A stretch of DNA of 64,000 bases, taken from NCBI GenBank assembly GCA_965226885.1, contig CBDDEL010000016.1, positions 448,001 through 512,000 on the forward strand, given 5' to 3'. Below, one piece after another: positions 1 through 11,193 of this stretch (positions are counted from its first letter, which is position 1; every line of letters begins with the position of its first letter). The notes below the pieces were generated by a model. It saw only the letters and a list, made by a program, of their open reading frames with translations. It did not search any database and was not told the origin of the DNA. This DNA is from Opitutales bacterium (GTDB lineage Bacteria > Verrucomicrobiota > Verrucomicrobiia > Opitutales > UBA2987). A program made the translations under genes and the position numbers.

Positions 1-33
1 AATTCCCCCTGTGAATCCTGCAAAATAAAAAAC

Positions 34-549
34 CTATACCGCCGCAAACTCCCTTGGAACAAGCCCTCCTGCCCCTCTTGTGGCATCAATTAGCTCAATC
101 CAGGGACCAAGGTCATCTGTCCGGGTGAAAGGTTCCCATATCTGCACCTGATATTCCCCTGAACTATCCCATAGGGTAAGCCTGAATTGTTCCCCATCGA
201 TGGATGCTGTCGGGTGATCCTGGCACTGCATTGGAATCCCCTCAGCCACGATTTTATGGATGGCTTGATCGGGTGGTAGCTCCATCGTTCCAATTTCCAC
301 CTGCACCGATACCTTTTTCTTTTCTTCCCGGTATGCTGCCCATAGCTTCTTCCATGCGCTTTCAAGGAAACGGGTTAGGATGATGGTGGTCGTGCCTTCC
401 CTGTAGTCGATGTCATAGACCACTTCCGGCTTCCAACAGGGTAGCCACTCAAGGCGCAGGTTCCAATCGCCTGGGGCCGTGATCGAATCGAATCTTCTTA
501 GGTAGCTGGAAATGAGCCGGTCGTAGGCGTTAGAGATTTTATCTAGCAT
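34..549 (-). CDS. hypothetical protein (start uncertain; ORF track extends it to 711 inside the CPBP gene)
   Basis: Open frame from ATG 549 (MLDKISNAY...) directly downstream of the CPBP gene; no recognised motif. Confidence 0.4.
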   Translation of the reverse strand: MLDKISNAYDRLISSYLRRFDSITAPGDWNLRLEWLPCWKPEVVYDIDYREGTTTIILTRFLESAWKKLWAAYREEKKKVSVQVEIGTMELPPDQAIHKIVAEGIPMQCQDHPTASIDGEQFRLTLWDSSGEYQVQIWEPFTRTDDLGPWIELIDATRGAGGLVPREFAAV

Positions 550-1228
550 TTGCCTGTAGCCACAATACGATGAGACCGTAAGTATTGGAAAAACCATGCG
601 CGAGGATGGCAGGCCATAAACTGCCGCGTGCGAACCATACCACGGTGCCGAAAATGAGTCCACTAACAGTCGCTCCTGCGACACCGGCGGCACCTTGATA
701 AGTGTGAACAAAACCGAAGATCATCGCCTGAAGAAAAAGGACAAATAGCCTAACATTTCGGCTACCGCCAAGCGATGAAGTGATCCCGCGCATCAGCAAC
801 CCGCGAAAGGCCATCTCTTCCCCGAATGCTGCAAAGGTCCAGCTTAAGGCAAGGAGTGCGAGTAGGTCGGGCAACGAAGCGCTCGCCTCTTCGAATCGAG
901 AAAGGTCAGGACCCGCTCCGAATATTGTAATCCAGATAGGCTCCAGAAGCTCACTCGCCAATATTACCGTCGCAGCGCCCAATAGGCCGAGTGCCAAATG
1001 TACTTTCGGCTTGAAGGCAACGCCAAATCCGATTCCACCCCATCCGATGGACGAATGAACAACCCGTATCATTACGAAAACGGTTAATACTATAAAGGCG
1101 GGTGTGGGAACGCCAGACAGCCCGCGCATACTTTCGATGGACAGCACAGCCCAGCGAAGTGCACCTATAAGAACCAACCCCACGGAAAAGAAAATGAGGA
1201 GGCGCAACTGTGTTTTCTTGACATTCAT
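539..1228 (-). CDS. CPBP (CAAX/Abi) family intramembrane metalloprotease
   Basis: Multiple TM segments; motifs GEEMAFRG, FGFVH and AHGFSN. Confidence 0.85.
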   Translation of the reverse strand: MNVKKTQLRLLIFFSVGLVLIGALRWAVLSIESMRGLSGVPTPAFIVLTVFVMIRVVHSSIGWGGIGFGVAFKPKVHLALGLLGAATVILASELLEPIWITIFGAGPDLSRFEEASASLPDLLALLALSWTFAAFGEEMAFRGLLMRGITSSLGGSRNVRLFVLFLQAMIFGFVHTYQGAAGVAGATVSGLIFGTVVWFARGSLWPAILAHGFSNTYGLIVLWLQANAR

Positions 1229-1396
1229 TGGCTAAAGAAACTCTGCGGAGTGAAAGCATTCCTTTTCGATGATCGAAAGGATTAAGTTCAAATTCAGGGA
1301 ATAAAAGGGCCACGCGCCGAAAATTTTCCAACGGAGTTTTCCCATAACAACATTCATAATCGTAGAAGATTGCTACTTTCGAATATTTCGATCCAA

Positions 1397-2615
1397 TCAC
1401 TCCGTGCCGGCCTGGTTCACGACTATGCGCTGCCGCACTGCGGGCGAAACAAACGCGCCCTGCGCAACATCCTCTTCCGTGAAAACACAGAGGTGTATGA
1501 CCTTGTCCTTGTAACGGTTGTAATCGTATATCAGGTATATCCTGCCATCCGGCGCTTGCACCCCTTCTGGGTAGGACACCGCAAGCCGATCGTCGATGGT
1601 CAGACCGCCGTGCCATGTCTGCCCGTCATCATCGGAAAGATACGCCGTCAACCGGCTACGTTGCTTCCAGGAACCATTCACCTCGCCTGTTTTGAGCCAC
1701 GCCGTATCCATGTCCGGGTTATGCTTGACCAGTAGCAACCGTCCCGAGTCCAGCCGCCAGCCGCCGTATGAAAAACCGTGCCGCCAAATGCGGTATCGAC
1801 GATGGCTGGCCCGGACTCCAGGTTTTTCCTCGGTCCGTCGAAATACTCTCGCCGATGCCATACTGAGTGCGCACCAGCATCCACAAGCTCCTGTCCCTGC
1901 GCTCGACAATCATGTGCTCTTCAAAACGAACCTCAGGCACATGGGCAGTGCCTAGCAATTTAAACGTCTCCCCCTTGTCCCGCGAAACATAAACATGCGC
2001 GCCAGTCTTCGATTCATCCCACTTCAAATACTTCTCTGGAATAAACCGATCGCTGGTCGGATCGTTCACCGGCTTATGACCCCAGTAGGCAATCGGATAA
2101 AGCCACTCACCTGAAGCCAGCACTGTTGGTTTGTTCATCATGATCCCGTTGGCGATCCGTCGCGGTTTCGACCACTGCGGGTTTTCATCGCCGGGATTTT
2201 CCGCAACTATCGCCCAGACTCCCGCACGTCCGTCCCACCAACTGTAAGATTGCGCATAGATCAGCCAGAGCCGTTCCTCCGGATCGAGCCACAACGTCGG
2301 GTCGTAAGTGCGTACCAACCCTTCACCATCGACCACCAACTTCAAGTCTGACCAGTTCCTGCCGTCATACCCGCTTGTGATCGCCATCACATAATTTTCC
2401 GGGCCTTCGCCGTTGCCCCCGCCGTACCACACCACCCATAAGCGGCCGTTCGCCGCGCGCGCAATTCCCGGGATGCCCTGAAACCCCCGCGCTACCCCCG
2501 CATACTCCGGGCCGGGAATCGTATGAATTGTCGCCGGAAGCATCGCCGGATCATTCATCATAAATGACATCGAACAAATCGAAAGAAACGCTATGATTAC
2601 AACTGTTGCGCGCAT
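1397..2615 (-). pseudogene. BNR-repeat sialidase-like (exo-alpha-sialidase family) protein, frameshifted
   Basis: Asp-boxes SRDKGETF, STDRGKTW and SDDDGQTW are split over ORFs 1719-2615 and 1397-1909; removing the 7-bp duplication CCAGCCG x2 at 1750-1763 restores FFIRRLDSGRLLLVKH. Confidence 0.85.
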
Positions 2616-2711
2616 CGCTTATCCTCACCGAGATTTCCCATATGATGGGGATGAATCGATAAAATTATCGGCAATTTAATAAGCTTTGGCAATTTCTTTG
2701 GTATCTGCTGG

Positions 2712-3040
2712 TCAATTATTGCCCTTACGCCCTGCCTGGACAAGATCGGGCAACAGGAAGCAGAATTTCAAAAAGCTGATAACCCAGACGAACCAGGAGA
2801 TATAAACGAGGTATATGGGCGTAAGATTCATTCCACCAAGCAAGATCACTGAAATCGCTAAAGCCTGGCCGCAGATGCTCATTGCCAATTCCTTGGCCCA
2901 GCGGGGAATGCGCTTCGATAGCTTGCCCTTGGTTCCAATATCCCGGAGGTAGTAGGCCATAAAGGCACACGATCCCGGACAATGCCCCCAGGACGATCAG
3001 GAACGCCGCCAGCTTGTAATTCAGGCTATACTGGACATGC
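2712..3040 (-). pseudogene. small membrane protein, probably frameshifted or truncated
   Basis: Hydrophobic ORF 2712-2960 continues upstream in another frame (YKLAAFLIVLGALSGIVCL). Confidence 0.4.
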
Positions 3041-3061
3041 TACCCTCGCGGCCCTGAAGTT

Positions 3062-3559
3062 TCAGGAGCCTTTTTGTCTTGCTGCCATTTTGCGGAAAAT
3101 ACCTGGTCCATGAATTTCCCTAAGCATTTTCCGACGAAGGGCCACAGCCAATTTAAAGGCTTTTTGCTCCCCGTATTTGCGGATGGAGAATGAAGTGCAT
3201 TTCTGTTCACCGGGGGAAGGCCGCCAACTTACTGAGTAATATTCAGTAATGCTGCCGCTAAGACTTTTTTTGGCCATTCGGCACACACCCAACACTCCGG
3301 TAGTATTGCGCACATCGCGATAAGCTATCCTTCGGCCCCGAGGCTTGGTAGGAATTTGGGCAAGTTTTTCGTAGAGATCGTCCCGATACTGACGGGCTTC
3401 TTTCTGCGCCTTTCTTATGCCCCCGCATTTCATATCGCTGAAAAGTTTGGAGTAGATTTTCCCGTTTTTATACCCTCTCACAAACCATCCGCGGGTTGAA
3501 CCTGAATCAATGCGGCTGATTCCCTTGTTTTTGGGGTTTTTCCTCTTTCTTTTTGCCAT
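3062..3559 (-). CDS. AP2-domain DNA-binding protein (tandem AP2-like modules), paralog a
   Basis: GISRID..GWFVR..KLFSD and RNTTGVLGV...SFSIRKYGEQKAFKLAVALR motifs; basic; about 82% identical to 6023-6520 (29 differences in 165 aa, counted by eye). Confidence 0.75.
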   Translation of the reverse strand: MAKRKRKNPKNKGISRIDSGSTRGWFVRGYKNGKIYSKLFSDMKCGGIRKAQKEARQYRDDLYEKLAQIPTKPRGRRIAYRDVRNTTGVLGVCRMAKKSLSGSITEYYSVSWRPSPGEQKCTSFSIRKYGEQKAFKLAVALRRKMLREIHGPGIFRKMAARQKGS

Positions 3560-3577
3560 AACCTATCTGATTTAATG

Positions 3578-3668
3578 ATTTGAGTTAAGAACCATCCCCA
3601 GTTTGCTTTGAATCTTTGAATAACAATACGACCTTACCCATACACCAAGCCCAAGTCACGCTCATAAC
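3578..3668 (-). repeat. diverged copy of the 3' end of the small membrane gene at 5648-5729
   Basis: ATTTGAGTTAAGA(A/G)CCATCC...CACCAA..CCA.GTCACGCTCA is shared; translates as VMSVTWAWCM versus VLSVTWLWCM. Confidence 0.65.
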
Positions 3669-3671
3669 CGC

Positions 3672-5641
3672 CTACAACCCCGGCGGCACACTGAAGAGGC
3701 TTGCCGTCCAGGCGCTGGAAAAATCTGCTTGTGGGGGTGTTGTTATTAAATGTCCAAATCCAGGCCGGAGTGTCGTTGAAAAGAAACTGCCAGCGATAGG
3801 TGTTTTGGTTGAGAAAAATCCATTCCTGCAAGCCAAAATCAAACAGGAAGATTACTTCGCTGTTGCTGTCCTCAGAAACGAATTGCCAGCCATGTTCATC
3901 GTGATAAATCCAGGGCCAGAAATCCACATTGTAATTCAGATACCAGGGCGATCCGCGCCACTCGGGGAAGCCTTCAATGGGTTCACCGCCAAATACATCG
4001 GGCGGCTCTGTGTTGTATATCTGATCGGCAAATTCCGGGAAATCGACGAAGGGATTGCGATTGCCCTGGAAACCGCTGAAGATCGTCTGATTCCTGAGCC
4101 GTTCGGTGTCGGTCACCGGATGCTCACGGTTCCAGGCCAGAAGGGTGTCCAGGATTCCCATTTCGGGAATTAAGCTCTGACCTCCAAATTGCGGATCATT
4201 GTTTAGCTTCAGATCAAGAGTTGCCTCATCGCTTCCGTCATAACGAACCGCCATGTAAAACATCGCTCTGGCGATTTCTCCCTTCACGCTGTCGGGCGGC
4301 TCCCACGAGTCAGAATCGCGGGAGACCTCGGGGGCCGGGCCGAACGAACCGGGAGGAAGATATTCAGCGTCGCCGGGGTCGCTGTCGTCAAATATCAGGT
4401 TGCCCCGGCTGCTGTTTATGGAAGCCAGGCTTGGGCGGAGGCTGAACAGGTCGGAAGTATCCGCCCCTGATTCGTCAATGCCCCTTGACTTGGGCCACAG
4501 GTGTTCACGGTTCCATATACTGGGAAAACCATTGAAAGGTTCAGAGGCAGCGGAAAATATCGGCATCACTTTACCCTGGTCAAAGAGGTCCAGGTCGAGA
4601 ACCTGAAAAGCCTCATCTGCCTGGGAAAAGGGAATGACCGTGTGCCCGTCGATGATATTGTGGAGGGCACTGGCCAACTCTGTTCCACTTTTTCCCTCCG
4701 CTGCGGCGTAGTAACCCGAGGGAACTGGATCAATTTGAAACTGTGAGCTGTCAAAAACAGTGAATGACCATTCAAAGTTCTCCGTCATATTGTCCGGGCT
4801 CTCATCAATGTCGCTGACCAGGCTGGCGAAAATCATTATCGTGACGGACTCGCCCTCTTGAAAATCCGTGGCAGTTTTGAGGGTAAAATCCGGGGAGTTA
4901 TCTGCGGCCGTGACTATTGCGGAAATCGATCCGCTCAAGCTCCCCTCAATGGAAAACCACTGGCCGTTCACATCTACTACTTCACTGAAAGAAACGAGAA
5001 TATCGGCCGCCGGAGGCACACCTACCCTGCCATTTTCAGGATCAAAGCCCGATACCATCGGCGGGAGGTCGGTGGCCTGGCCGGTGAAGGTTTGGTTTAC
5101 ATTTGCCGCCCCATAGGTGCTGGCCTCTGGAGCCTCCCATTGGAAGTCACTGGAATCGGAGCCGACACCCGAAAGTTGCAACGAGTGACCAATGGGTGTT
5201 GCAGAACCCTCCTGCACACCGAGGTCGATACTTTCGATTCCCGCGGCTGGCCCATCGGCCGCTATGAAGGTTCCCTCATAACTGAAAAATTCGACCAACG
5301 AACCTGAAGAATCGACCAGGGCCAACCCGTCCGGCGATCCGTTTTGAATTGGGACTATGGCGAAGAACACCGCTCCGATCCCACTGTCTTCCTGGGGGAT
5401 TATCCCACTTAAGGGAACAGTCTTATAAACTTTCAGTTCGGATGCGGTGCCATTGTAAAGGGCAAGGCTCCAGCCTGTCAGGTCGGTTCCTGACGGCCCG
5501 GCGACCTCAATTCCCTCGTTGGCGTCCGCCCCGCTGTTATCATAGGTTATCATAGTGGATTTCATTGATAAAGACCGGGCCTGCAAAAGCCGATATGGCA
5601 ACAATCAATGTGGCCATCAACACTGTGGAAGTTTTAATCAT
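3672..5641 (-). pseudogene. secreted lamin-tail + Ig-like + endonuclease I family nuclease with Trp-rich C-terminal domain; two frameshifts
   Basis: Reconstructed start MIKTSTVLMATLIVAISAFA-GPVFINEIHYDN is cut off by the 10-bp duplication GTTATCATAG x2 (5536-5555); endonuclease I motifs WNREHLWPKS, KGEIARAMFYMAVRY and QGNRNPFVD; a +1 A near 3701 shifts the terminal SLFSVPPGL*. Confidence 0.85.
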
Positions 5642-5654
5642 TCTTATATTTGAG

Positions 5655-5918
5655 TTAAGAGCCATCCTGGGATCGCTTTGAGTATAAATACGCCCGAACC
5701 ATGCACCAAAGCCAGGTCACGCTCAAAACTTCAAGAATGCCTGTGAAGAGCGATTGAGGGTAAAGCAGCGTCAGGGCAAGGGGACCGGCGCACAAGCATC
5801 CCACAACTATTGCCAGGTTATTCCAACGCTCTGCTTTTGGGTTGCCCCGGAATCGATCAGTGAAAAAGTTAAGTCCGGAAAGCCGCATTCGATTCAGTAG
5901 AAACAAAATCAATTCCAA
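5655..5918 (-). CDS. small membrane protein, hypothetical
   Basis: 87 aa with two hydrophobic segments; start uncertain. Confidence 0.45.
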   Translation of the reverse strand: MELILFLLNRMRLSGLNFFTDRFRGNPKAERWNNLAIVVGCLCAGPLALTLLYPQSLFTGILEVLSVTWLWCMVRAYLYSKRSQDGS

Positions 5919-6022
5919 TGGTCAAGCCTTATCGGGATAGCCTACCGGATAGCCTGCCGAAATGGGATTCAACACAATCCCCAAGCAACCCTTGCCGCCC
6001 GTTCACTCGCGGTTCTGAAATT

Positions 6023-6520
6023 TCAGGAGCCTTTTTGCATTGCAGCCATTTTGCGGAAGATACCTGGCCCATGAATTTGACGAAGCATTTTCCGCCGGAG
6101 GGCCACAGCCAGTTTAAAGGCTTTTTCCTCCCCATATTTGCGGATGGAGAAAGAAGTTGTTTTCAGTACTCCGGGGGAAGGGCTCCAACTGACTGAGTAA
6201 GCTTCGCTTATTTTCCCGGATGGGCTTTTCTTTGCCGTGCGGCAGACTCCCAACACTCCTGTAGTATTGCGGGGATTATGAGAAACGATCTTCCGACCCC
6301 AGGGTTTGGTGGGAATTTGGGCCAGCTTTTCGTGAAGTTCATCCCGATACTGACGGGCTTCTTTCTGCGCCTTCCTTTTGCCTCCACATTTCAGATCACT
6401 GAAAAGTTTGGGGTAGGTTTTCCCATTTTTGTACCCCCTCACGAACCATCCGTGGGTTGAGCCTGAATCAATGCGGGTGATTCCTTTGTTTTTTGGATCT
6501 TTCCTTTTTCTTTTAACCAT
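6023..6520 (-). CDS. AP2-domain DNA-binding protein, paralog b
   Basis: Same motifs as 3062-3559; intact 165 aa. Confidence 0.75.
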   Translation of the reverse strand: MVKRKRKDPKNKGITRIDSGSTHGWFVRGYKNGKTYPKLFSDLKCGGKRKAQKEARQYRDELHEKLAQIPTKPWGRKIVSHNPRNTTGVLGVCRTAKKSPSGKISEAYSVSWSPSPGVLKTTSFSIRKYGEEKAFKLAVALRRKMLRQIHGPGIFRKMAAMQKGS

Positions 6521-6550
6521 AAGCCAAAGCCAAAAGCCTTACCAGTCTTT

Positions 6551-6745
6551 TTAAGCCTGCAAAAGCTCAGGCTTGTTCATTTTCCAGGCGGCAGCCCCAG
6601 CCAGCAGGGTCATCAATACGATCATGCCCCATTCATTCAGGGTTGGGATGGGCTGTGGCACAACGCCGGTAGCCCCTGCCAGGATGGGGGTGTCGGGCGT
6701 GTCTTCATATGCCCAGTCTATTATGCTAACCGAGGTGGCCATTCC
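6551..6745 (-). pseudogene. 3' remnant of an IPTL-CTERM sorting-domain protein
   Basis: TSVSIIDWAYEDTPDTPILAGA...IPTLNEWGMIVLMTLLAGAAAWKMNKPELLQA closely matches the C-terminus at ~16230-16422; N-terminal part absent. Confidence 0.8.
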
Positions 6746-6950
6746 AAAAAAAATTGCCAAATCATATTGAAAGCAAATATTTGGATCGAAATATTGGATA
6801 GTAGCTATTTTCAACGATAGTGAATGTTCATATGGTAAATCTCGGTTAAATTCTGTGGACTTTTTGTTTCCTGAGAGCTATACAGAGTTACTTTACTTTT
6901 TCTCCACAGAGTTACTTTACTTTTTCTCCATTGTGCAATTTTTAGTTCTC

Positions 6951-7491
6951 ATGCGTCCGGAAATTACAGAAGAAAGCCATTGGTTCGCAGAAAACCTGCA
7001 GCCACATGAAGCCATGTTGCGGGCCTGGCTGCATAGTCGTTTTTCCAATGAGCACGATATAGACGATATCGTGCAGGAGGCATATTTCAAGGTCTTGAAA
7101 GCCCGAAAGACTACAAAGATCACTTCTCCCAAGGCTTTTCTTTTTGCCACTGCAAGAAATTTGGCTCTCGAAGGCATTAGAAAAAAATCGGTGCGCAGCG
7201 AACTTTCTTTGGTAGATTTGAACGAGTTTGACCTCTTGAATGATGAGGAGGACGTTAATGATGCCGTTGCTCGCTCCGAGGAACTTGAAATTTTGACCAG
7301 AGCCATACAGTCATTACCAACCCGTTGCCGCCAAATCATCACTTTGCGGAAGATATACGGCATGTCCCAAAAGGATATCGCCAAGGAACTTGGCATATCG
7401 GTGCATACGGTAGAAACTCAAGGAACTATAGGCATTCGGCATTCGCAAGCTCACAGAGTTTTTCGAGCGCTTGGAACGTCCAGCATACTAG
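6951..7491 (+). pseudogene. ECF (sigma-70 group 4) RNA polymerase sigma factor, frameshifted near the C-terminus
   Basis: DIDDIVQEAY and region-4 LPTRCRQIITLRKIYGMSQKDIAKELGISVHTVE; removing the 7-bp duplication GGCATTC x2 (7431-7444) gives ...GIRKLTEFFERLERPAY*. Confidence 0.85.
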
Positions 7492-10394
7492 CCCGGATAT
7501 TTCATGAAGGGTAAAGTTTGGCTCGTTATTGCTATTGGAGATGGATTTCTTTGTATTTTGAGCAGATCGTCTTGATTTTTAGGTGTTTTTCAGGGTGTAG
7601 AGACACTGCCCCCTTTCCCCCATTGGTTCGGTAGTGCCGGGGGCAGCACCAATGCACCCTTTAGGTTGGCACCAATCGGCGGGCCGCATGGTTGAAAAGA
7701 CTGGCCCAAGGATAACTCTCACTTAGGTGAAAGTGAATCGTTCGGGTGTTGCGCACGATGACCGCTCCGATCTTGATTAATTTGAGCCGCAGGGTGTGGC
7801 ATTGGGCCCGCGCCCACTTCGTCCCTTTTAAGGCTAACCGGCGCATGGCTTCCATCAAGGTGTAGGCCAGCGCCGACAAGAGCAATCGCCACTGATTGGC
7901 CCACCATTGATGGGCGCTGTGAAATGGACGGGGAAAACTGGACAGTGGAATAAGGTGGTCTTGAACCACTAAATCCGCTAACCTATGAATGTTATTAAAT
8001 CACGAAAGAGAAGACAATACAGTGCTGAGTTTAAAGCCCGAGTGGCCCTGGAAGCCATCAGGGGCGCTCATACCATCAACGAGATCGCCGGTCGTTTTGA
8101 GGTGCATCCCAACCAGGTGACCCAATGGAAGAAGCAGCTTTTGCAGGGAGCAACGGAGCTGTTTTCGCGCCAGCGGCAGACTCTCAGCAAGGACAACGAG
8201 ACGGAAAAAGATCACCTTTACCAGGAGATTGGAAAGCTGAAAGTAGAATGCGATTGGCTAAAAAAAAAGTCTGAACAATTCGGTTGGTGAGAGGCGCAAG
8301 ATGGTGCAACCACTTCAAGGAAAAATCAGTATCGGCAGGCAATGTCAGTTGCTGGGGCTGGCCCGCGGCAGCTATTACTATCGGGCCCGTGCCCAGTGCG
8401 AGCAGAACGTTCTCTACATGCATCGCATGGATGAGCTCTACACCCAATATCCGTTTTTTGGTTCTCGCCGGATGACCCAGTGGCTGCGTCGAGAGGGCCA
8501 TGCAGTGGGACGAGGCCGCATCCAGCGGCTCATGCGCCAAATGGGCCTGGAGGCTATTTATCCGCGTCGAAACTTGAGCCAGGGGCACCGGCAGCACCGC
8601 ATTTTCCCTTATCTGCTGCGGGGTTTGGCGGTCGAGCGGCCCGACCAGGTATGGTGCAGCGACATCACTTACCTGCGGCTGAGCCGAGGATTCCTTTTCT
8701 TGACCGTGGTGTTGGACTGGTTCAGCCGCTACGTGTTGAGCTGGCAGCTTTCCAACACCCTGGAGAGCCGCTTCTGTGTGCTCGCCCTGGAGGAAGCTCT
8801 GAGGCGGGCCCAACCTCAAATCTTCAACACCGATCAAGGCAGCCAGTTTACCGGCAGCGAGTTCACCTCGGTGCTGGGGCAAGCCGGGGTGCGCATCAGC
8901 ATGGACGGGCGTGGCCGCTACCTGGACAACATATTTGTTGAACGCTTTTGGAGAACCCTCAAGTATGAAGACATTTACCTGCGCGAATACGCCACGGCAA
9001 AGGAAGCCAGCGAAGGGATAGCCCGCTACCTGGACTTCTACAACCACCTGCGCCCCCACCAAGCCCTGGGCTACCGGACCCCGGCCGAAGTCCATGCAAT
9101 CGGAGCAAAACCACCCTCCCCGCCAATACAGCTTGCGGGCACCTGCGTGCCCGTCTTTGGCTAAGGACAAAATATATTTTTAAAAAATAATATGAACACG
9201 ATTTCCACCTTAATCCCACGTCAAAATTGTCCAAACAACCCCGTCCACTTCACTGGTGCGCTCGCTGAACAATTGCATCTGTTCCTTGATTCGGTTCTCC
9301 ATTTCACCGCGGCCACAGTATACCTTGTCGTAAAGCTCCTGGGGATCGCCCGGCAGGTTCGTCACCACGAAGCGCGGGTTGGACCCCTGTGCGGTGTGTT
9401 CGGCTTTATGGATGACCAACCGCAGCCATCGCCACGAATCGGCAGCATAGACGAAGTCCTGGAATAACCGTTGTTTTTTACCCCTTAGTTCGAACCATTC
9501 TTTGGCCTGCTTTTGCAACTGCTGGGCGTCTTGCTGCAAGCGTGCATTGCGAGCCATCCCCACGATGTAACTAACTTCGTTGCGGTCGCACCAAGAGAGT
9601 ATCCGGTCTCGACAAAATCCACTGTCGGCGCGCCAAATAATCCGCGTACGGGGCCAGCTTTGGCGAATCCGTTTAACCAGCAATTTGAGGATGGCCCCGG
9701 CATGCTTGCTGGCATCGATCTTGCTCGGCCGCAGGTAGGCCACCAGCAGCTGATCACCGCAAAAAACATATAGCGGCAGAAAACAGTAATGATCATAATA
9801 ACCGTGGAAAAAACGTCCCTCCTGGAGCCCGTGCACCGGAGTGTCGGTGGCGTCAAAGTCCAGGATGATCTCTTCGGGTTCCTCGGCAAAGGAGCCCATG
9901 AACTGTTCGACCAACAGCTCGTTTACCGCAAAGGCCGCCCGCCGATCCTGCCCGTTTTCAAAACGACACAAAGTCGGCGCGCTGGCCAACGTTTCAATGC
10001 GCCCCGTTACCGTTTGCAACAATGGATCGTGGCGCAGGGTATCAAAGTCGTTCAAATCCTCATAGCCCGCCACCAGCCCGTAAACGCGCTGCCGCAGCAT
10101 CCCCAATACCTCATGGCGTACTTTGCCCTTCTGCCGTTTGTCCACTAACTGTCGGGCCGCTCGTTCGGTCAAGCCCAACTGCCGATCCACTTCCCGGATC
10201 AAAAGCAGTCCGGCATCCGAAGTAACCTCTCCGCCCTTGAAATCAACCCGCACACGGCGGCCTTTTACCCTTGTCAACTGTAGCTTTAATTGTTTACCTT
10301 TTGTCATCGCTGATATTGCTTTAATTATTGATCTATCCTGCTGTATATCAGCAGTTAAGCATATCAACGATACTTTTTTTACGAAATATCCGGG
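7492..10394 (-). mobile_element. IS1380-family element copy 1, interrupted by IS3-type A
   Basis: IRs CCCGGATATTTC / GAAATATCCGGG; CTAG target duplication at 7488-7491 and 10395-10398; transposase split into 9253-10307 and 7661-7919. Confidence 0.92.
7920..9252 (+). mobile_element. IS3-family element type A, copy 1 (orfA 7985-8290, orfB to 9164)
   Basis: TG...CA ends (TGAAATGGACGGGG / CCCCGTCCACTTCA); 3-bp TSD CTG; A9G slippery site 8260-8269; DDE motifs WCSDITY, NTDQGSQF and VERFWRTLKYE. Confidence 0.95.
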
Positions 10395-10403
10395 CTAGCC
10401 ATC

Positions 10404-11193
10404 GTGAATGATCCTAGCAAAGAGAATTCGTCCTGCCGTGAAGGCGAGGAAGAGGCCGCAGCCTGGATTTGGAAGCTGGATCGAGGCCTGTCTGCAAAGG
10501 AGCAGGACGTGTTTTTCGACTGGCTTTCGCAGAGTTCTGAGAATGCCGCACTGCTGGCGCGGCAACGCCGCCAATGGAAACGGCTAGACAAACTTTCCGC
10601 ATGGCGACCGGAACATAATGATCGGCCCAATCCCGATTTACTGGCTCCGCCCAGGGAAAAGTGGGTTCGGTGGGTTCGGCGCTATTCTCCCGTATCCCTC
10701 GCGGCGGCTGCAGTGCTTCTTCTTTCCCTCATCCTTTGGAACTACGATCCGTCGATCACGAAGGATAATCCAATCGATACTTTAGCCGCAAAACCGGAAA
10801 ATCGCGTTCTTCTGGATGATGGTTCCACAATCAAATTGAATAACCATGCCGAAGTGACCGTTCTTTTCTCTTCTGCTGAACGGCGCGTCCGACTCGACCA
10901 AGGAGAGGCTTTTTTCATGGTAGCCGAGGATGTGGATCGACCCTTTGTGGTCGAGGTTTGGGGGATCGAATTGAGTGCGGTGGGTACGGCTTTCAACGTG
11001 GTGCGTTTGGACATGGGAGCCGTTGAAATCCTGGTTGCGGACGGCCTAGTCAAAATTACCTCCTCACTCACTCCAGAGGAGAGCCTAATGGAAGTCGGGC
11101 ATCGTTTTGAACCTCTTCTTGAGGCAAATCAGCGCGCTTTGATTACTTTGTCAGTTCAAGAGGAATCACCTCAAATAGCCACTTTGACGAAAC
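10404..11193 (+). pseudogene. FecR-family anti-sigma factor, 3' truncated by IS
   Basis: EAAAWIWK, TM segment, LDDGSTIKLN, GEAFFMVA.D.DRPFVV and VGTAFNV; truncated at the IS3-type C left end; in-frame 9-bp duplication at 10661-10678. Confidence 0.85.

Noticed and set aside
2700..6800. Integron cassette array
   Set aside because: No convincing attC palindromes and no integrase
8184..9170. 328-aa antisense ORF, repeated at 14802 and 60262
   Set aside because: Antisense shadow of IS3-A orfB; it repeats only because the IS repeats
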